A stretch of 64,000 nucleotides of DNA from Octopus vulgaris. Lineage: Eukaryota. Below the pieces are notes generated by a model. That model was not told the DNA's origin. It ran no database searches and saw only the letters and a program-made list of their open reading frames with translations. The stretch is taken from NCBI GenBank assembly GCA_951406725.2, contig OX597827.1:70370001-70434000 (forward strand), given 5' to 3'. Below, piece after piece: positions 50,213-64,000 of this stretch; the first letter of the stretch is position 1, and every line of letters starts with the position of its first letter. The position numbers and the translations under genes were made by a program.

Positions 50213-50692
50213 TTAACCCTTTCGTTACTGTATTTATTTTGAGATACTTTGTGTTTCTTTTAATTAATTTTAAATATAACAAAGAATTTAGTAAAATAAC
50301 TTAGTTATCATTCAGCTAGTGTCAGGAACATAAATTGGGACTAAGATTTGGTGGAAGATTTTAATTCAAAACTTATGAAAACAAGACATTTGTACTCAGA
50401 GCCAGAGCCGGTTTCAGCCAGGTTGGTATCGAAAGGGTTAAGAATTGTTTCTCTATTATATATTTTAACCCTTTCGTTACTGTATTTATTTTGAGATGCT
50501 CTGTGTTTCTTTTAATTACTTTAAATATAACAAAGAATTTAGTAAAATAACTTAGTTATCATTCAGCTAGTGTTAGGAACTTAAATTGTGACTAAGGTTT
50601 GGTTGAAGATTTTAATTCACAACTTTGAAAACAAAATGTTTGTACTACAGAGCCAGGGGCGGTTTCAGCTGGGTTAGTATTGAAAGGGTTAA
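50213..50692 (+). mobile_element. Two adjacent TTAA MITE copies
   Basis: ttaaccctttcg...gaaagggttaa termini twice. Confidence 0.85.
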
Positions 50693-51564
50693 GCTGATCA
50701 TGATCAAAGGGTTTTTTTTTTTCTTTACAAACGGGTATGAATGGATCTGTGACAAGAAGTTTGCTTCTCAACCACATGTTGCTGGGTTCAATCCTGCTGT
50801 GTGGCACCTTGGGCTGGTGTCTTCTACCATAGCGAGTCTAGGACATTTACCACCACCCCATGGACAATTACGCCTGAGGACAACAGATGATGACTTAAAA
50901 CTTCTTAATATATTGGAGAGGGGGTAATTAAACCAAGGGGTGTAATTTGTCCTAGGGAATTGTTATTGTTGGGGGGAAATTGTCCTATGGTGGGTGGGTG
51001 ATTGTCCTGGTACAACCATAGCCATGGGCCAATCAAAGCTTTGTGAACGAATTTGGTGTATATATGTTTGTGTGTGGGTTGTGTGTTTTCCCCCTCCCCC
51101 AGCTCTTGACAACAAGCACTGGTTTGTTTATGTCCTTGTAACTCAGCAGTTTCGCAAAAAGAGAATGATCGAATAAATACCGGGCTGTACTGGGTTTCAC
51201 ATGTTCAACTAAACCCTTTGAGGTGGTGCTACAGCATGGCCACAGTCCAATAAGTGAAAAATAAAAAAAGAAAGAGAATCTATACTTGGTTACTATCTAT
51301 ACATTATCCGATATATCCCTGAGGAAGATTTGGCTGCTACTTCTAGCAGTTCAGGCAACAACATGAAAGCTTTCTTTTTCTTTTTTTGGGGTGTTGTTTT
51401 AAGTGTAGGAAAGATAGAGAGCAGCAATGATGATGTGATGTCAATGTGATTATGTAAATCTGGACTATTCAGACTGCACTGTATCTTGGACAAATGATTT
51501 ATATGGCAGCCCCTGAGCCAAGTTATCTGGTCAGTTCTGCCAATTAAATGTAATATATATATAT

Positions 51565-51767
51565 GTGACCTCGTGAGTACCGCTGGCGATTTTTTTCCTC
51601 TGTCTTCCCTTCTCGGGATCTTTCCTTCTATGTTTCCAATGAAGAGCTCCGCTCGAAACGTTAAACCCTCCTTCTTCCCTTCTTTCCTGAGCGTCCAATA
51701 ATATTTTATTTGTTCCACGTCCTCGCGTTGTTGTGTTTTTTGTTTTTTTGTGTTTTCTTGTTTGGAT

Positions 51768-51772
<5 letters not shown>
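51565..51772 (+). mobile_element. Penelope-like fragment with a minimal hammerhead (51632-51666)
   Basis: GTTT-CCAATGA-A-GAGC-tcc-GCTC-GAAA-CG-TT-AAAC; 3' part homologous to 18980-19055; (TA)n flanks. Confidence 0.65.
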
Positions 51773-51818
<46 letters not shown>

Positions 51819-51988
51819 TTATTTTATAGAAGGAGCTTCTACAGGACTAGAACTGTTTCATTCAAATGAAATCATCGAATGAAACAGTTCTAGTCCTGTA
51901 GAAGCTCCTTCTATAAAATAAATTAATTTACTCTGCTATGTATTGAGTACCTTATTTACTGTGGTTAACCCCGACTCAACCCGGGACC

Positions 51989-52035
<47 letters not shown>

Positions 52036-52813
52036 TCATGTGTGGAGTTCTGTTTATCCTGCTTGTTCTACCAAACCTATATATATATGTATGTATTTAT
52101 GTGTGTGTATTTATTATCGTATCATCATCATTTAACATCCGCCTTCCATGCTGGCATGGGTGGAACTAGTGTGAAACTGGCAGAAACGTTAGCACGCCGA
52201 GCGAAATGCTTTGCGGTATTTCGTCTGCCGCTGCGTCCTGAGTTCAAATTCCGCCGAGGTCGACTTTGCCTTTCATCCTTTCGGGGTCGATAAATTAAGT
52301 ACCAGTTACGCACTGGGGTCGATGTAATCGACTTAATCCATTTGTCTGTCCTCGTTTGTCCCCTCTGTGTTTAGCCCCTTGTGGGTAGTAAAGAAATATA
52401 TATATATGTATGTATGTACGCATACGTATGAATATATGCATATGTATGTTTGCACATATGCATGCATACATATGTATATATCAATGCATACTTGTGGTGT
52501 GTGTGTACTTGTAACAGATATCACCATTCACACACACACACACACGCATATATATATATATAGATGTATATGTATATATGCTTGTGTAAGCTTGTACTTT
52601 TAATATTTTTTATGGCTTAGAGGAGAAAGGGCAACAACCAAGATCCCTTTACAAGCTCTGAGAGTGGTAGGAGAGAGGGAGGAAGTTTTCCTCGGGTCAC
52701 TGACCTGGTACAAATACTTCAAACAGAGCAGACTTTGCTGAAGGGGACACTCACGAGTCAGGAGGTGGCGTGAAACAGGGTGCCAAATTTAGTCTGTTAC
52801 CTGTACTTTTGTA

Positions 52814-53215
52814 TACAAGGGGTTACCGAAAATCCCTGGTTTTACGTAAAAGAAAATAAAGGAGGATCAGTTAATTATGATTTTATTTCTTTATTGCCCA
52901 CAAGGGGCTAAACATAGAAGGGACAAACAAGGACAGAGAAAGGGATTAAATCGATTACATCGACCCCAGTGTGTAACTAGTACTTAATTTATCGACCCTG
53001 AAAGGATGAAAAGCAAACTCGACCTCGGCGGAATTTGAACTCAGAACGTTGCAGCAGATGAAATACCGCTCTGCATTTCACCCGGCGTACTAACTGCCAG
53101 TTCGCAGTTGATTGTGATTTTATTCAACATATTCTCCTTCCAGTAATTTGGTGTCCTCCAGTTTTTCTAATCCCCGTAAAAGAACTTGGAAGGTGGGCCT
53201 CCAACCAGGCCTTTT
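52814..53215 (-). mobile_element. Mariner-like 3' end remnant interrupted by a family A SINE
   Basis: ta-caagggg terminus; minus-strand ..GEYVE* ending typical of mariner transposases; tgattttatt repeated around the SINE. Confidence 0.5.
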
Positions 53216-53533
53216 AGCTATGCCCTTAAAGCCAGCAAATTTTCAGCACCCCCTTGTATGTGTGAGTGTGCATATGGCATTCCTTTATGTGTTCCAGCCA
53301 GTGGTTGTGGCCAAGCTGTGGCACCACCATTAATGATGGTTTCAAATTTTGCTACAAGGGCAGCAATCTTTACAAGGGGAAGTGGGGCAAGTCGATAACA
53401 TTGCTTCCAGTATTTGACTAGTACTGTATTTTATTGACCCCCAGAAGGAGATGAAAGGCAAGACTTAAGCTCGGAAAATATGTCGTTAAGCATTTTGTCC
53501 AATGAGCTAACGATTTTGCCAGTTTGCCAGCTT

Positions 53534-53970
53534 CATCATCATCATCATCATCATCGTTTAATGTCCGCTTTCCATGCTGGCATGGGTTGTACGATTTGAC
53601 TGAGGACTTGTGAACCAGATGACTGCACCAGGCTTCAGTCTGATCTGGCAGTGTTTCTACAGCTGGATGCCCTTCCTAACGCCAACCACTCCGAGAGTGT
53701 AGTGGGTGCTTTTTACATGCCCCCGGCACAGGTGCCAGGGGAGGCTGGCAACGGCCACGATCGGTTGGTGCTTTTTACATGCCCCCGGCATAGGTGCCAG
53801 GGGAGGCTGGCAACGGCCACGATCGGTTGGTGCTTTTTACATGCCCCCGGCACAGGTGCCAGGGGAGGCTGGCAACGGCCACGATCGGTTGGTGCTTTTT
53901 ACATGCCCCCGGCACAGGTGCCAGCGGAGGCTGGCAACGGCCACGATCGGTTGGTGCTTTTTATGTGCTG
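53534..53970 (-). mobile_element. Family C element with an internal 62-bp tandem repeat x4
   Basis: ggtgctttttacatgcccccggcacaggtgccaggggaggctggcaacggccacgatcggtt repeated. Confidence 0.9.
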
Positions 53971-54154
53971 CCGGTACGGTATATTTGTAAAACATACTTA
54001 TAGGCCCCTCATCCTAAATTTGGCCAGTGTGGTCAGTGTTCTTGGTTGGACTGTGATTGGTTAGTTTGTGATGGGTAGGTGATGAAGGGCTGGTGGTGAG
54101 GAGGAGAATGGAATTGGTAGCTTCAGTGGAAAGCACTTCTGAGGAAGTTTACTG

Positions 54155-54900
54155 CATGGTACGGTACCGTATAGTATTGTGGTGCAAGGTATAGTATTTT
54201 ACAACGGTGTGGGGTATGTTATAGTACCATACAATAGTGTAGTGCATAGTATAGTATGCTGTTTGGTATTGTATGGTAGAGTAGTGTATGCTATAGTACT
54301 GTATGACAGAGTAGTACATGCTGTAATATTGTAGAATTGTATTGTAGTATAGTAGATGCTATAGTATTGTATGATACAGCAGTATATGCTCTAGTATTGT
54401 AGTGTAGCATAGTATATGCTATAGTATTGTATGGTTGTACGGTGCATAGTATACAGGTGGCGAGCTGGCAGAACTGTTAGCACGCCGGGCGAAATGCTTA
54501 GCTGTATTTCGTCTGTCATCACGTTCTGAGTTCAAATTCCGCCGAGGTCGACTTTGCCTTTCATCTTTTTGGGGTCGATAAATTAAGTACCAGTTACGCA
54601 CTGGGGGGGTCGATGTAATCGCCTTAATACCTATGTCTGTTCTTGTTTGTCCCCTCTATGTTTAGCCCCTTGTGGGTAATAAAGAAATAGGTACGGTGCA
54701 TAGTATAGTACAGTGTGGTATATGCTACAGAACTGTATGGTAGTGCAGTTTATGGTACAGTACTGTATGGTAGCATGGCACTGTATGACCGTGTGGCATG
54801 TGTTATAGTACTGTATGACAGCCTGGTGTATGGTATAACAGTATACTCTATAGTACATGACTGTAGGGTGGTGTGGGGTATGTTAATAGTCCTGTGTTGC
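54155..54900. repeat. Degenerate (TAGTA-like) pentamer satellite with a family A SINE inserted (54456-54690)
   Basis: Pentamer periodicity; gtacggtgcatagtata repeated on both sides of the SINE. Confidence 0.75.
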
Positions 54901-55275
54901 AGTGTATAGGTGTCTGTATAAGGCTTCGCTCTATTCTTCTGTTCCAACACAGCTGTCACCCGCAACGTCATTAGCAAATATTTAACACTTCTTTTATTGA
55001 CACCATGTCAATAAAAGAAGTGTTTGAACTGAAAATGGATTTATTGGCTTGACACTGATTCCAGGACACGAGATTCATCTGTGACCACGGAATTTGTCTA
55101 CATAAACAATAAATTTGATTTTGTGTTAATTTATTTATTTTATTTTATGGTTCAGTGAAACAGGTGGTATGTCCCAAAAATTTTTTCAGAGATTCTGATA
55201 TGGGAGGGAGAGAAAAAAAAACCAGACAACAACACATTCACAAAACCTTGATATGTCTATGTATGTATGTATGTA

Positions 55276-55316
<41 letters not shown>

Positions 55317-56350
55317 TTGTTTGTTTGTTTGTTTGTTTTGGCACAGCTGTGGCTGTGTGGTTAAGATGCTTGCTTCCCAACTATGTGGTCTTGGGTTCAG
55401 TCTCATTGTGTTGCACCTTCTACTATAGACCCAGGCCAACTGAAGCCTTGAGAATGAATTTGATTGATGGAAACTTAAAGAAGCCCATTGCATGTGTGTG
55501 TGTGTGTGTGTGTATAATCCCATCATACACACACACAGTAGCTGAGGGTAGTTTTCTACCTGGCCAGCTCCTGTCACCCATCCTACTCATGTATGCACGG
55601 AAGACAGACATTAAATGATGATGATGATATATATATATGTGTGTGTGTGTGTGTGTATATATATGCATATGTGAGTGTGTTTGTGTATACCCCTGTTTTG
55701 ACATCATTGTCATACAAGCAACGTTTGTTTACAAGCATGTCTGGGGATATTCCCTTACTTGGTGACAGGAAACCCTTTCTTTTGAGGAGCCATATGACTT
55801 AATGGGTGTAAGATTGTGGTTTCAATTCCAGGTGATGCATTGCGTTCTTGAGCAACTTACTTCATTTCACACTATTCTAACCCACCCAGTTAGCAAAAAT
55901 GTCACACAGCCCTGGCAATGGATACTGGACCTGCCTCAAAAAAAAAAAAAAAGCAAAAAACAGAAGGGTACTTCTCGACTGACGGGCCATAGGCCTACCT
56001 TTTACATCACCCTTTAACTTACTCATCTGATAGGCTATTCATCTAATAACATACATGATATATTTTTTCTTCAACCTATAATGCCTGTTCCAATTCCATT
56101 TGGAAAAAAACAATCCATTTATTTATTTATTTATTTATTAAAAGGGGTTGTTGTGTAGTGTCTTTGCACAATTCAAAATCCCTCTCTCCCAAGTCATGGA
56201 CGAAATGCCCAACTTTGCAACGTTTTGTGTATGTGAGAGACAGACTGTAAACTAGAAGGTTTGATATTAAATGCTGTAACATTCAGATTACTATGTTAAA
56301 GGTAATGCTTAAAGAAATAGTTAAAGGTAATGCTTATTTATTTATTCGGA

Positions 56351-56583
56351 AGGCGGCGAGCTGGCAGAACCGTTAGCACGCCGGGCAAAGTACTTAGCAG
56401 CATTTCGTCTGTCGCTACGTTCTGAGTTCAAATTCCGCCGAGGTCGACTTTGCCTTTCATCCTTCTGGGGTCGATTAAATAAGTACCAGTTACGCACTGG
56501 GGTCGATATAATCGACTTAATCCCTCTGTCTGTCCTTGTTTGTCCTCTCTGTGTTTAGCCCCTTGTGGGTAGTAAAGAAATAG
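56351..56583 (+). mobile_element. Young family A SINE
   Basis: TSD ggtaatgcttatttatt on both sides. Confidence 0.9.
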
Positions 56584-58011
56584 GTAATGCTTATTTATTC
56601 ACATTAATTTGAATTAGTTATGCATTACCTCATAGCTTCGAGATTTTGATGATGTGATTGTTTGTTTTTAGAATAAGTGTGAGGTCAGATCTGGCCAGTT
56701 TGATGATATAACAGGTAGAATATTTTGGACAGATATGGCCAGTTTAAATGCCAAACTATTAACAGGACATTTGTTTGATATATGACATAACATTTCCAGA
56801 CAGCCTAAACCTATTGCTTGATACATGATATAATACCACTGGCCCTCTGAAATATGCTTGAGATGTGTGACAGGATATTCCTGAACCTCTTAACAGTTTT
56901 CATAGTAACCTACTTGAGACTGCCTGGTATCTATGGTGCAGACATCTTTATTAACACTTTTGTTACTAACTCGGCTGAAACCACCTCTGGCTCTGTCGTA
57001 CAAATGTCTTGTTTTCAAAAGTTCTGAATTAAAATCTTCCACTAAATCTTAGTCGCAATTAATGTTTCTAAAACCAGCTTAATGATTACTAAGTTATTTT
57101 ACTAAATTCTTTGTGACATTTAAAATTAATTGAAAGAAACACAAAGTATCTATTAAAAAATACAGTAATGGAAGAGTTAAAATATATAATAAAGAAACAA
57201 TTCTTAACCCTTTTGTTACAAAACTGGCTCTAGCTCTGTAGTACAAATGTCTTGTTTTCATAAGTTTTGAATTAAAATCTTCCACCAAACCTTAGTCACA
57301 ATTTATGTTCCTAACTCTAGCTTAATGATAACTAAGTTATTTTACTAAGTTCTTTGTTATATTTAAAATTAATTAAAAGAAACACAGCATCTCAAAATAA
57401 ATACAGTAAAATGCGCTAGCATGGGTTGGACAGTTCGACCGGGGTCTGGGAAGCCAGGGGCTGCTCCAGGCTCCAGTCTGATCTGGCAGAGTTTCTACGG
57501 CTGGATGCCCTTCCTAACGCCAACCACTCCGTGAGTGTAGTGGGTGCTTTTTACGTGCCACCTGCACAGGTGCCAGGGGGGGGGGGGGTCCGGCATCGTC
57601 CCACGATCGGTTGGAGCTTTTAACGTGCCAGTGGCACGGAAACCAGCCAAGGCGGCGCTGGCAACGTTCGGATGGTACTTTTTATGTGCCACCGGCACAG
57701 AAGCCAGTCGGGGCGGCGCTGGCATCGGCCACGTTCGGATGGTGCTTTTTATGAAAGGGTTAAACAATAAAGAAATGAAAGAAAATTGCTTAATAAATGA
57801 CATAGTACCCTTGGGACTGGTGAACCTGTTACTTGGCATTTCAATACTTAGAGTTGCTCTCAACATTATCTTTCTGTCTCGTGTCTACTTCAGTATCAGG
57901 CTCAATGTCCACTAGATTTCTTTGTGAAAAAAAAAAACAATTGATTTTTCTTCAAGGGATGTTCTCTCCCTCTAGAATTAACACAACCAATTGATTAATT
58001 TATTTAGTTAA

Positions 58012-58526
58012 TCTCTCTATATATAAACGGCAGTTTGTCTGTCTGTGTGTCTGTCAGGTTGTACCCTCACCCTGACCACAGCTTTCAACCGATTCTGATG
58101 AAACTTGACACACACATAGCCCAATGTTATAATTCAAAATTAACGCAGCGAAAATTTTGAAAAATTCCCCCAGTTCTGAAAAAAATCGATAAATTCGACA
58201 TGGGGTCGAGAATCTAAGCTTTTTATTTGCAGCACATTTTCTGTTGTAGTTTTCGCAACTTGCAATCGATTTTCACCAAACTCATGGTGAAGCTTAATGT
58301 TACCCTAAGAAACTTAATTCTGACATTAGTTTTCCATGCAATACCTTACCATCAGAAAAAATCGATAAAATCATGCCATTTTGGGAAATCGCTTTCAAAT
58401 TCAAGATGACATATTTTCGACAATATCTTTCTCAAATTGGCAGGAATCTTTTTTAAATTCACAGTGAGCATCATGTCTGCTCCAGGGGCTCTTACATACC
58501 CGGGCAATGCCGGGCTATGCTGCTAG
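58012..58526 (+). mobile_element. Non-autonomous Helitron
   Basis: 5' TC, 3' CTAG, hairpin cccgggcaatgccggg, A|T insertion site. Confidence 0.85.
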
Positions 58527-61133
58527 TTGACAAATAAAGAAGTGAAACAGAATCGGTGCATGTGTTTTATTATTGAGATAATGACCCTCCAAGCTTGAAC
58601 AGAATAAGCGTCAACACAAGAGTTTTGTAAACCAAGTGCAAAAACGAAATAGCAACATATTCTTCCTCTCATTCCTCCTCTTATCTTTCACTGCAACAAT
58701 ACATGTACACTGTTTGGCTCTTCCATTCTCACACATACAATGGGATGATCGGGTACAACTCTGTTGGGCCAATGAGGATCTGGAACAGTCCACTGGACTT
58801 CCAGCCTGTTTTGGCGATAGTACTCTTTGATATTGGTGGCAAACACATGCGTGCGCACACACACACACGCAGAAATGTAGATAGATGGCTGGATGGATGG
58901 ATGGAGAGAGACAGAGTGGGACATAATTAATTTATTAATTGAACATGGTTAAGTATGATGTTTTCTTCCCAATCACTTGCTTTTGAGTTCAGTCCCACTG
59001 TGCAGCCCTTTGAGCAAATGTCTTCTCCTATACTCCTGGGCTGATTCAAGCCTTGTGACTGGATTTAATTGATGGAAACTGAAAGAATCTCATCATATAT
59101 GCGTATGCATTTGTCCCCCACAACTCCTTCAGAACTGGCAATGGTTTTGTTTTTCAAATCTCTTACTTAGCAGTCTGATAAAGAAGATCAATAGAATAAG
59201 TACCAGGTTTAACAAATAAGTAGTGGTATCATTTTATTCAACTAAGCCCTTGAGAGTGGTGCTCCTGCATGGCCGCTATTCAATGACTGAAACGAGTAAA
59301 AGATAAAACGACATAAGCACTTTCCTTCTAATAGAGATGGAGAAATAAACAGGGAGAGAGAGAGATTATCAAATCAGTGATGCCAAAAGTTTAGCATCAA
59401 AACAGAAGTGCCACATCTCAAGCCCATGCTGGAGTACTCACACATACTGGCCAACATTTATTTACTTCAGTTTACTCTGCATGGCTCAGTAGTTAGAGCC
59501 TTGGTCTCACAATCATGAGGTAGTGAGTCCGATTCTCGGACTGGGTTGTGTGTTGTGTTCTTGAGCAAGACACTTCATTTCACGTTGCTCCAGTTCACTC
59601 AGCTGTAGAAATGAGTTGCGACGTCACTGGTACCAAGCAGTATTGGCCTTTGTCTTTTCCCTTGGATAACATCGGTGCCATGAAGAGGGGAGGCTGGTAT
59701 GCATGGGCGGCTGCTGGTCTTCCATAAACAACCTTGCCTGGACTTGTGTCTCAGAGAGGAACTTTTTAGGAGCAATCCCATTGTCATTCATGACCAAAGG
59801 GGCCTTACTCTTTACCCTGTGTACATATAATGGCATGGAGAAGGGAAGGTCAGTATGCATGGGTGACTGCTGGCCTTCCATAAATAACCTTGCCTGGACT
59901 TGTGTCTCAGAGGGGAACTTTCTAGGTGCAATCCCATGGTCATTCATGACCAAAGAGATTCTTTACTCCTTTACTTCTCTTTCTTATATTTATGGTGTTT
60001 CACTGACATTTTGCCCACACTCCATTTGCATTCTTCTCTCTTCGGAAACTGCATATCTGCTCGCTTCCATCATCCATTTACAATTAGGGCATGGCTGTGT
60101 GGTTAAGAAGCTTGCTTTACAACCAAATGGTTTTGGGTTCAGCCCTACCATACGGCATCTTAGGCAAATGTCTTATCTTCTACTTATAGCCATGAGCTGA
60201 CCAATGCCTTGTGAATGAATTTTGGTAGCTCACCATATATATGAATACATGTATTTACTGGCTTCCGTGCCGGTGACACATAAAAGGGCACTATTTGAGC
60301 GTGATCGTTACCAACGTCACCTTACTGGCACCTGTGCCGGTGGCATGTATAAAAAGATTCGAGCGAGGTCATTGACTGGCTCCTGTGCCGGTGGCACGTA
60401 AAAAGCACCCACTTCACTCTCAGAGTGGTTGGCGTTAGGAAGGGCATCCAGCTGTAGAAACTCTGCCAGATCAAGATTGGAGCTTGGTGCAGCCACCTGG
60501 TTCACCAGCCCTCAGTCAAAATCGTCCAACTCATGCTAGCATGGAAAGCGGTCGTTTAACGATGATGATGATGATCATGATGATGATGTATGACAGACAT
60601 ACTTACATCCACACATTACATATACATTACATACAATTACATACTGACATACATACATACATACATACATACATACCTACATGCATTGCATACATACATC
60701 ATCGTTTTAATGACTATATTTTCATGACTGCATAGAATTCGTTGAGGCAGAATTTCTTTACAGCCTGATGCCTTTCCTGTCAACAACCCCCATCTGCTTT
60801 CAAGCAAGGTAATGTCTACCACTAGTCTGAACATGTTTTCATGGAAGACTCCAAACAAGCGACGCTGTTGGTGATATCTCTTCACAATCAGCACACAATC
60901 TCAAAACAGGGACACGCTAACACACACATACAAAGTTTACTTTACAAATCTATAGATTTGGGGATATATGTGGTTGGCATCCAGCCGTAGAAACTCTGCC
61001 GGATCAGATTGGGGTCTGGTGGAGCCATCTGGTTCACTAGACCTCAGTCAAATCGTCCAACCCATGCTAGTATGGAAAGCAGACATTAAACGATGATGAT
61101 GATGATATATATGTATGTGAGTATGTATAAATA

Positions 61134-61176
<43 letters not shown>

Positions 61177-62519
61177 GTGTGTGTGTGTGTATGTATATGT
61201 GTGCTGGTAGCACAAAAAAAGCACCCACTGTTCACCCTGTAATCTGGTTGGCATTTGGAAAGGCTCCCAGTCACAGAAACCATGCCAAAGCTGACAGTGG
61301 AACTCACTGTAGCTCTTTGGCTTGCTGGATCTTGTGAAACTGTCCAACCCATGCCAGAATAGAAAATAGAGATTAAAGATGATGATGATGATGTACACAC
61401 ACAGTCACATGTACATATGTGTGTGTGTGTGTGTGTGTTTGTACATATATATGTAATATATACTTTTCTACACTAGACACAAAGCCTGAAATTTTGGGGG
61501 AGGGAGCCAGTTAATTAGATCGACCTTAGTGCACAACTGGTACTTAATTCATCGACCCTGAAAGAATGAAATGCAAAGTCAACCTCGGTGGAATTTGAAC
61601 TCAGAACTTAAAGACAGACGAAATACCGCTAAGCATTGCACCTGGCGTGCTAACGTTTCTGCCAGCTCGCCACTGGTGCATTATATAAGTGTAATATATA
61701 ATGCACCAACACATACACACATGCACAACACACACACACACACAACACACGCATGTTCCCATGCATTTGTGTTTTTCCTTCTCTTAGGATGTAGCAGTCC
61801 ACTTCTGTGTGTGTCCTTCTTCCACCTCTTCCTGTTGGTTGCAATTCTAGTCCAAGTCATTGTTGTATCTTCTCTTATCACCCTCATCTCTTATGCAACA
61901 TCATCTCCCCATTTCTTTTTGTGTCTAATCCTCTTTTGAACCCTTCTCATGGAGTCCTGCTTATGGAATCCTCTCAGTTCCTCTCTATGTTATTTTAGCC
62001 CACCTGTTGTTCTCTCTGTTTCGGTTAAATGACTTGCTCACCCCCACCTTGCCTTTGCTGTGTCTTGACCTTCTTCTTAGTTCTCTTCCTCTATCTTTTG
62101 ACTGTGTGGTAAGAAGCTTGCTTCCCAACCACACTGTTCCGAGTTCAGTCCCACTGTGGGACACCTTGGGCAAGAGCCTTGGGTCGATCAAAGCCTTGTG
62201 AGTGGATTTGGTTGACAGAAACAGAAAGCAGTTCACCATATATGTGTGTGTGTTTGTGTGTGTGCATGTGTCTTTGTGCTTATCCCCTCCCCCACTGCTT
62301 CACAACTGGTGTTGGTGTGTTTACGTCCCCTGTAACTTAGCAGTTCAGCAAAAGTAACCGATAGAATAAGTACCATGCTTTAAAGGAAAATAAGTACTGG
62401 GTTTGAGTCATTCAACTAAAATTCACCCAGGCACAGCTCCAGCATGGCCACAGTCTAATGACTGAAACAAGTAAAGATGAATAAAAATAGATACATACAT
62501 GCATATATATGTGTGTGTG

Positions 62520-63982
62520 TTGGGTTAGCAAGAAAATAATTTCATTTTTCACAGAGTTATGATGTTTTTGAATGACTTTTGTCAATGTTATGATTTTTTT
62601 TTTCCTTTTGGCATTTGATAGCCATTACTTTTAACTTACTTTAGAAGCAAATTGCACGTAAATTTGTTTACAGCTGTTAGTTCAGTATCAATTTTAACAT
62701 GGAGTGCAAAAACGGACATTTTTCACTATATTTTGCTTTTCTATTTCCATAAAGGCAAGAAAGCTGCTGAGGCTCACATTGTGTGAGGCCTATGGTGTTG
62801 ATTGCTTAACAGAACACACACGTCAGAAATGGTTTTAAAAATTCCATTCTGGAGATTTTTCACTCAAAGATGACCAACATTCTAGTCGACCTACTGAAGT
62901 TGATGATGACCAAATCAAAGCCATAATTGAATCTGATTGTCAGAGAGGTTAAGTGTATCCCACACAATAATTGAAAATCACTTAAAATCCCTTGAACTCA
63001 TTAAGAAGCTTGAAAGTGATTCATTTAACACAACGAATCAATATTTACGATATGCATCTCAAACACAATGGAATCGACCTTTCTTTTTAAATGAATCATC
63101 ACTTGTGATGAAGAATGGATTGTCTACAATAACATCAATCGAAAACGATCATGGTCCAAGCATAACGAACCAGCACAAACCGCATTGAAAGCTGAATTGC
63201 ATAAAAAAAAGGTCATGCTGTCAATTTGGTGGGATTACAAAAGCATTGTGCATTTTGAGCTGCTTCTAAGGAACCAAATAATCAATTCAGATGTTTACTG
63301 TCAACAACTAATGAAACTGGGGAAAACAATCAAAGAAAAACAGCCAGAATTGGCAAATCATAAAGGAATCATGTTCCACCATGAAAACACTAGACTATAC
63401 ATGTCTTTGCTAACTTGTGAAAAATTTTTGGAGTTTGGTTGGGAAGTGATGCTACATCCACCACATAGCCCTGACCTTGCACCATCAGATTATCATTTAT
63501 TTTGAAGTTTGCAAAATTCTTTGTATAGTAAAACTTTTAATAGGGATGATGACCTGAAATTGCCCTTGCTTTAGTTTTTGGCTGATAAGGACCAGAAGTT
63601 CTATGAGTGCAGAACCATGAAGTCGTCAGAAAGATGGCAAAAGATCATTGAGCAAAATATATAATTGATTAAAGTTCATTTTTGTAAGATAAAAACTGAC
63701 TTTCATTTCACACTAAAAAACCGAAATTACTTTCTTATTTCTTTATTGCCCACGAAGGGCTAAACATAGAGGGGACAAAGAAAGGCAGACAAAAGGATTA
63801 AGTTGATTACATTGACCCTAGTGTGTAACTGGTACTTAATTTATCGACCCCGAAAGGATGAAAGGCAAAGTCGACCTTGGCGGAATTTGAACTCAGAACG
63901 TAATGGCAGAGGAAATACCGCTAAGCATTTCGCCCGGTGTGCTAATGTTTCTGCCAGCTCGCCGCCTTTCTTACCAACCCAA
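62520..63982 (+). mobile_element. Full-length decayed mariner element; right TIR split by a family A SINE (63737-63966, minus)
   Basis: Left TIR ttgggttagcaagaaaataatttc; right TIR gaaattactttctt[SINE]accaacccaa-ta; ctttctt duplicated around the SINE. Confidence 0.85.
62699..63672 (+). pseudogene. Mariner (DD34D-type) transposase pseudogene
   Basis: ITCDEEWIVYNN, KKVMLSIWWD and HPPHSPDLAPSDYHLF motifs; frameshifts and stops. Confidence 0.9.
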
Positions 63983-64000
63983 TACACGCACACACACTCA

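Noticed and set aside
58611-58868. Cys-rich short ORFs in unique sequence
   Set aside because: No motif, start context or splice support.

Overview
This is eukaryotic, repeat-dense non-coding DNA, AT-rich and saturated with microsatellites. The SINE families look like those of octopod cephalopods (Octopus-like); this is recognition from memory, not a database result. I find no credible host protein-coding exon, and almost all listed ORFs are microsatellite or SINE read-throughs. The only recognisable coding sequence is transposon debris: RTE/RTE-X and CR1/L2/Jockey-type LINE fragments, a decayed mariner transposase and a hAT dimerisation-domain remnant. Non-coding elements include non-autonomous Helitrons, a Helentron-like element, TTAA (piggyBac-type) MITEs, several tRNA-derived SINE families, Penelope-like fragments in (TA)n tracts, and minisatellites. 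Highlights: (1) a ~550-nt rod-like fold-back in non-repetitive sequence (43380-43929) with a G-U bias favouring a + strand RNA, next to other hairpins including a pre-miRNA-like stem; (2) a tRNA-headed SINE carrying a minimal hammerhead ribozyme (4 copies), plus several other hammerhead motifs, one apparently intact at 12647-12733; (3) a TCTCGCGAGA motif cluster in a CpG-retaining domain, a likely promoter; (4) many fold-back palindromes, a twin-primed LINE insertion, an inverted duplication and a (TA)n-bounded flipped cassette.
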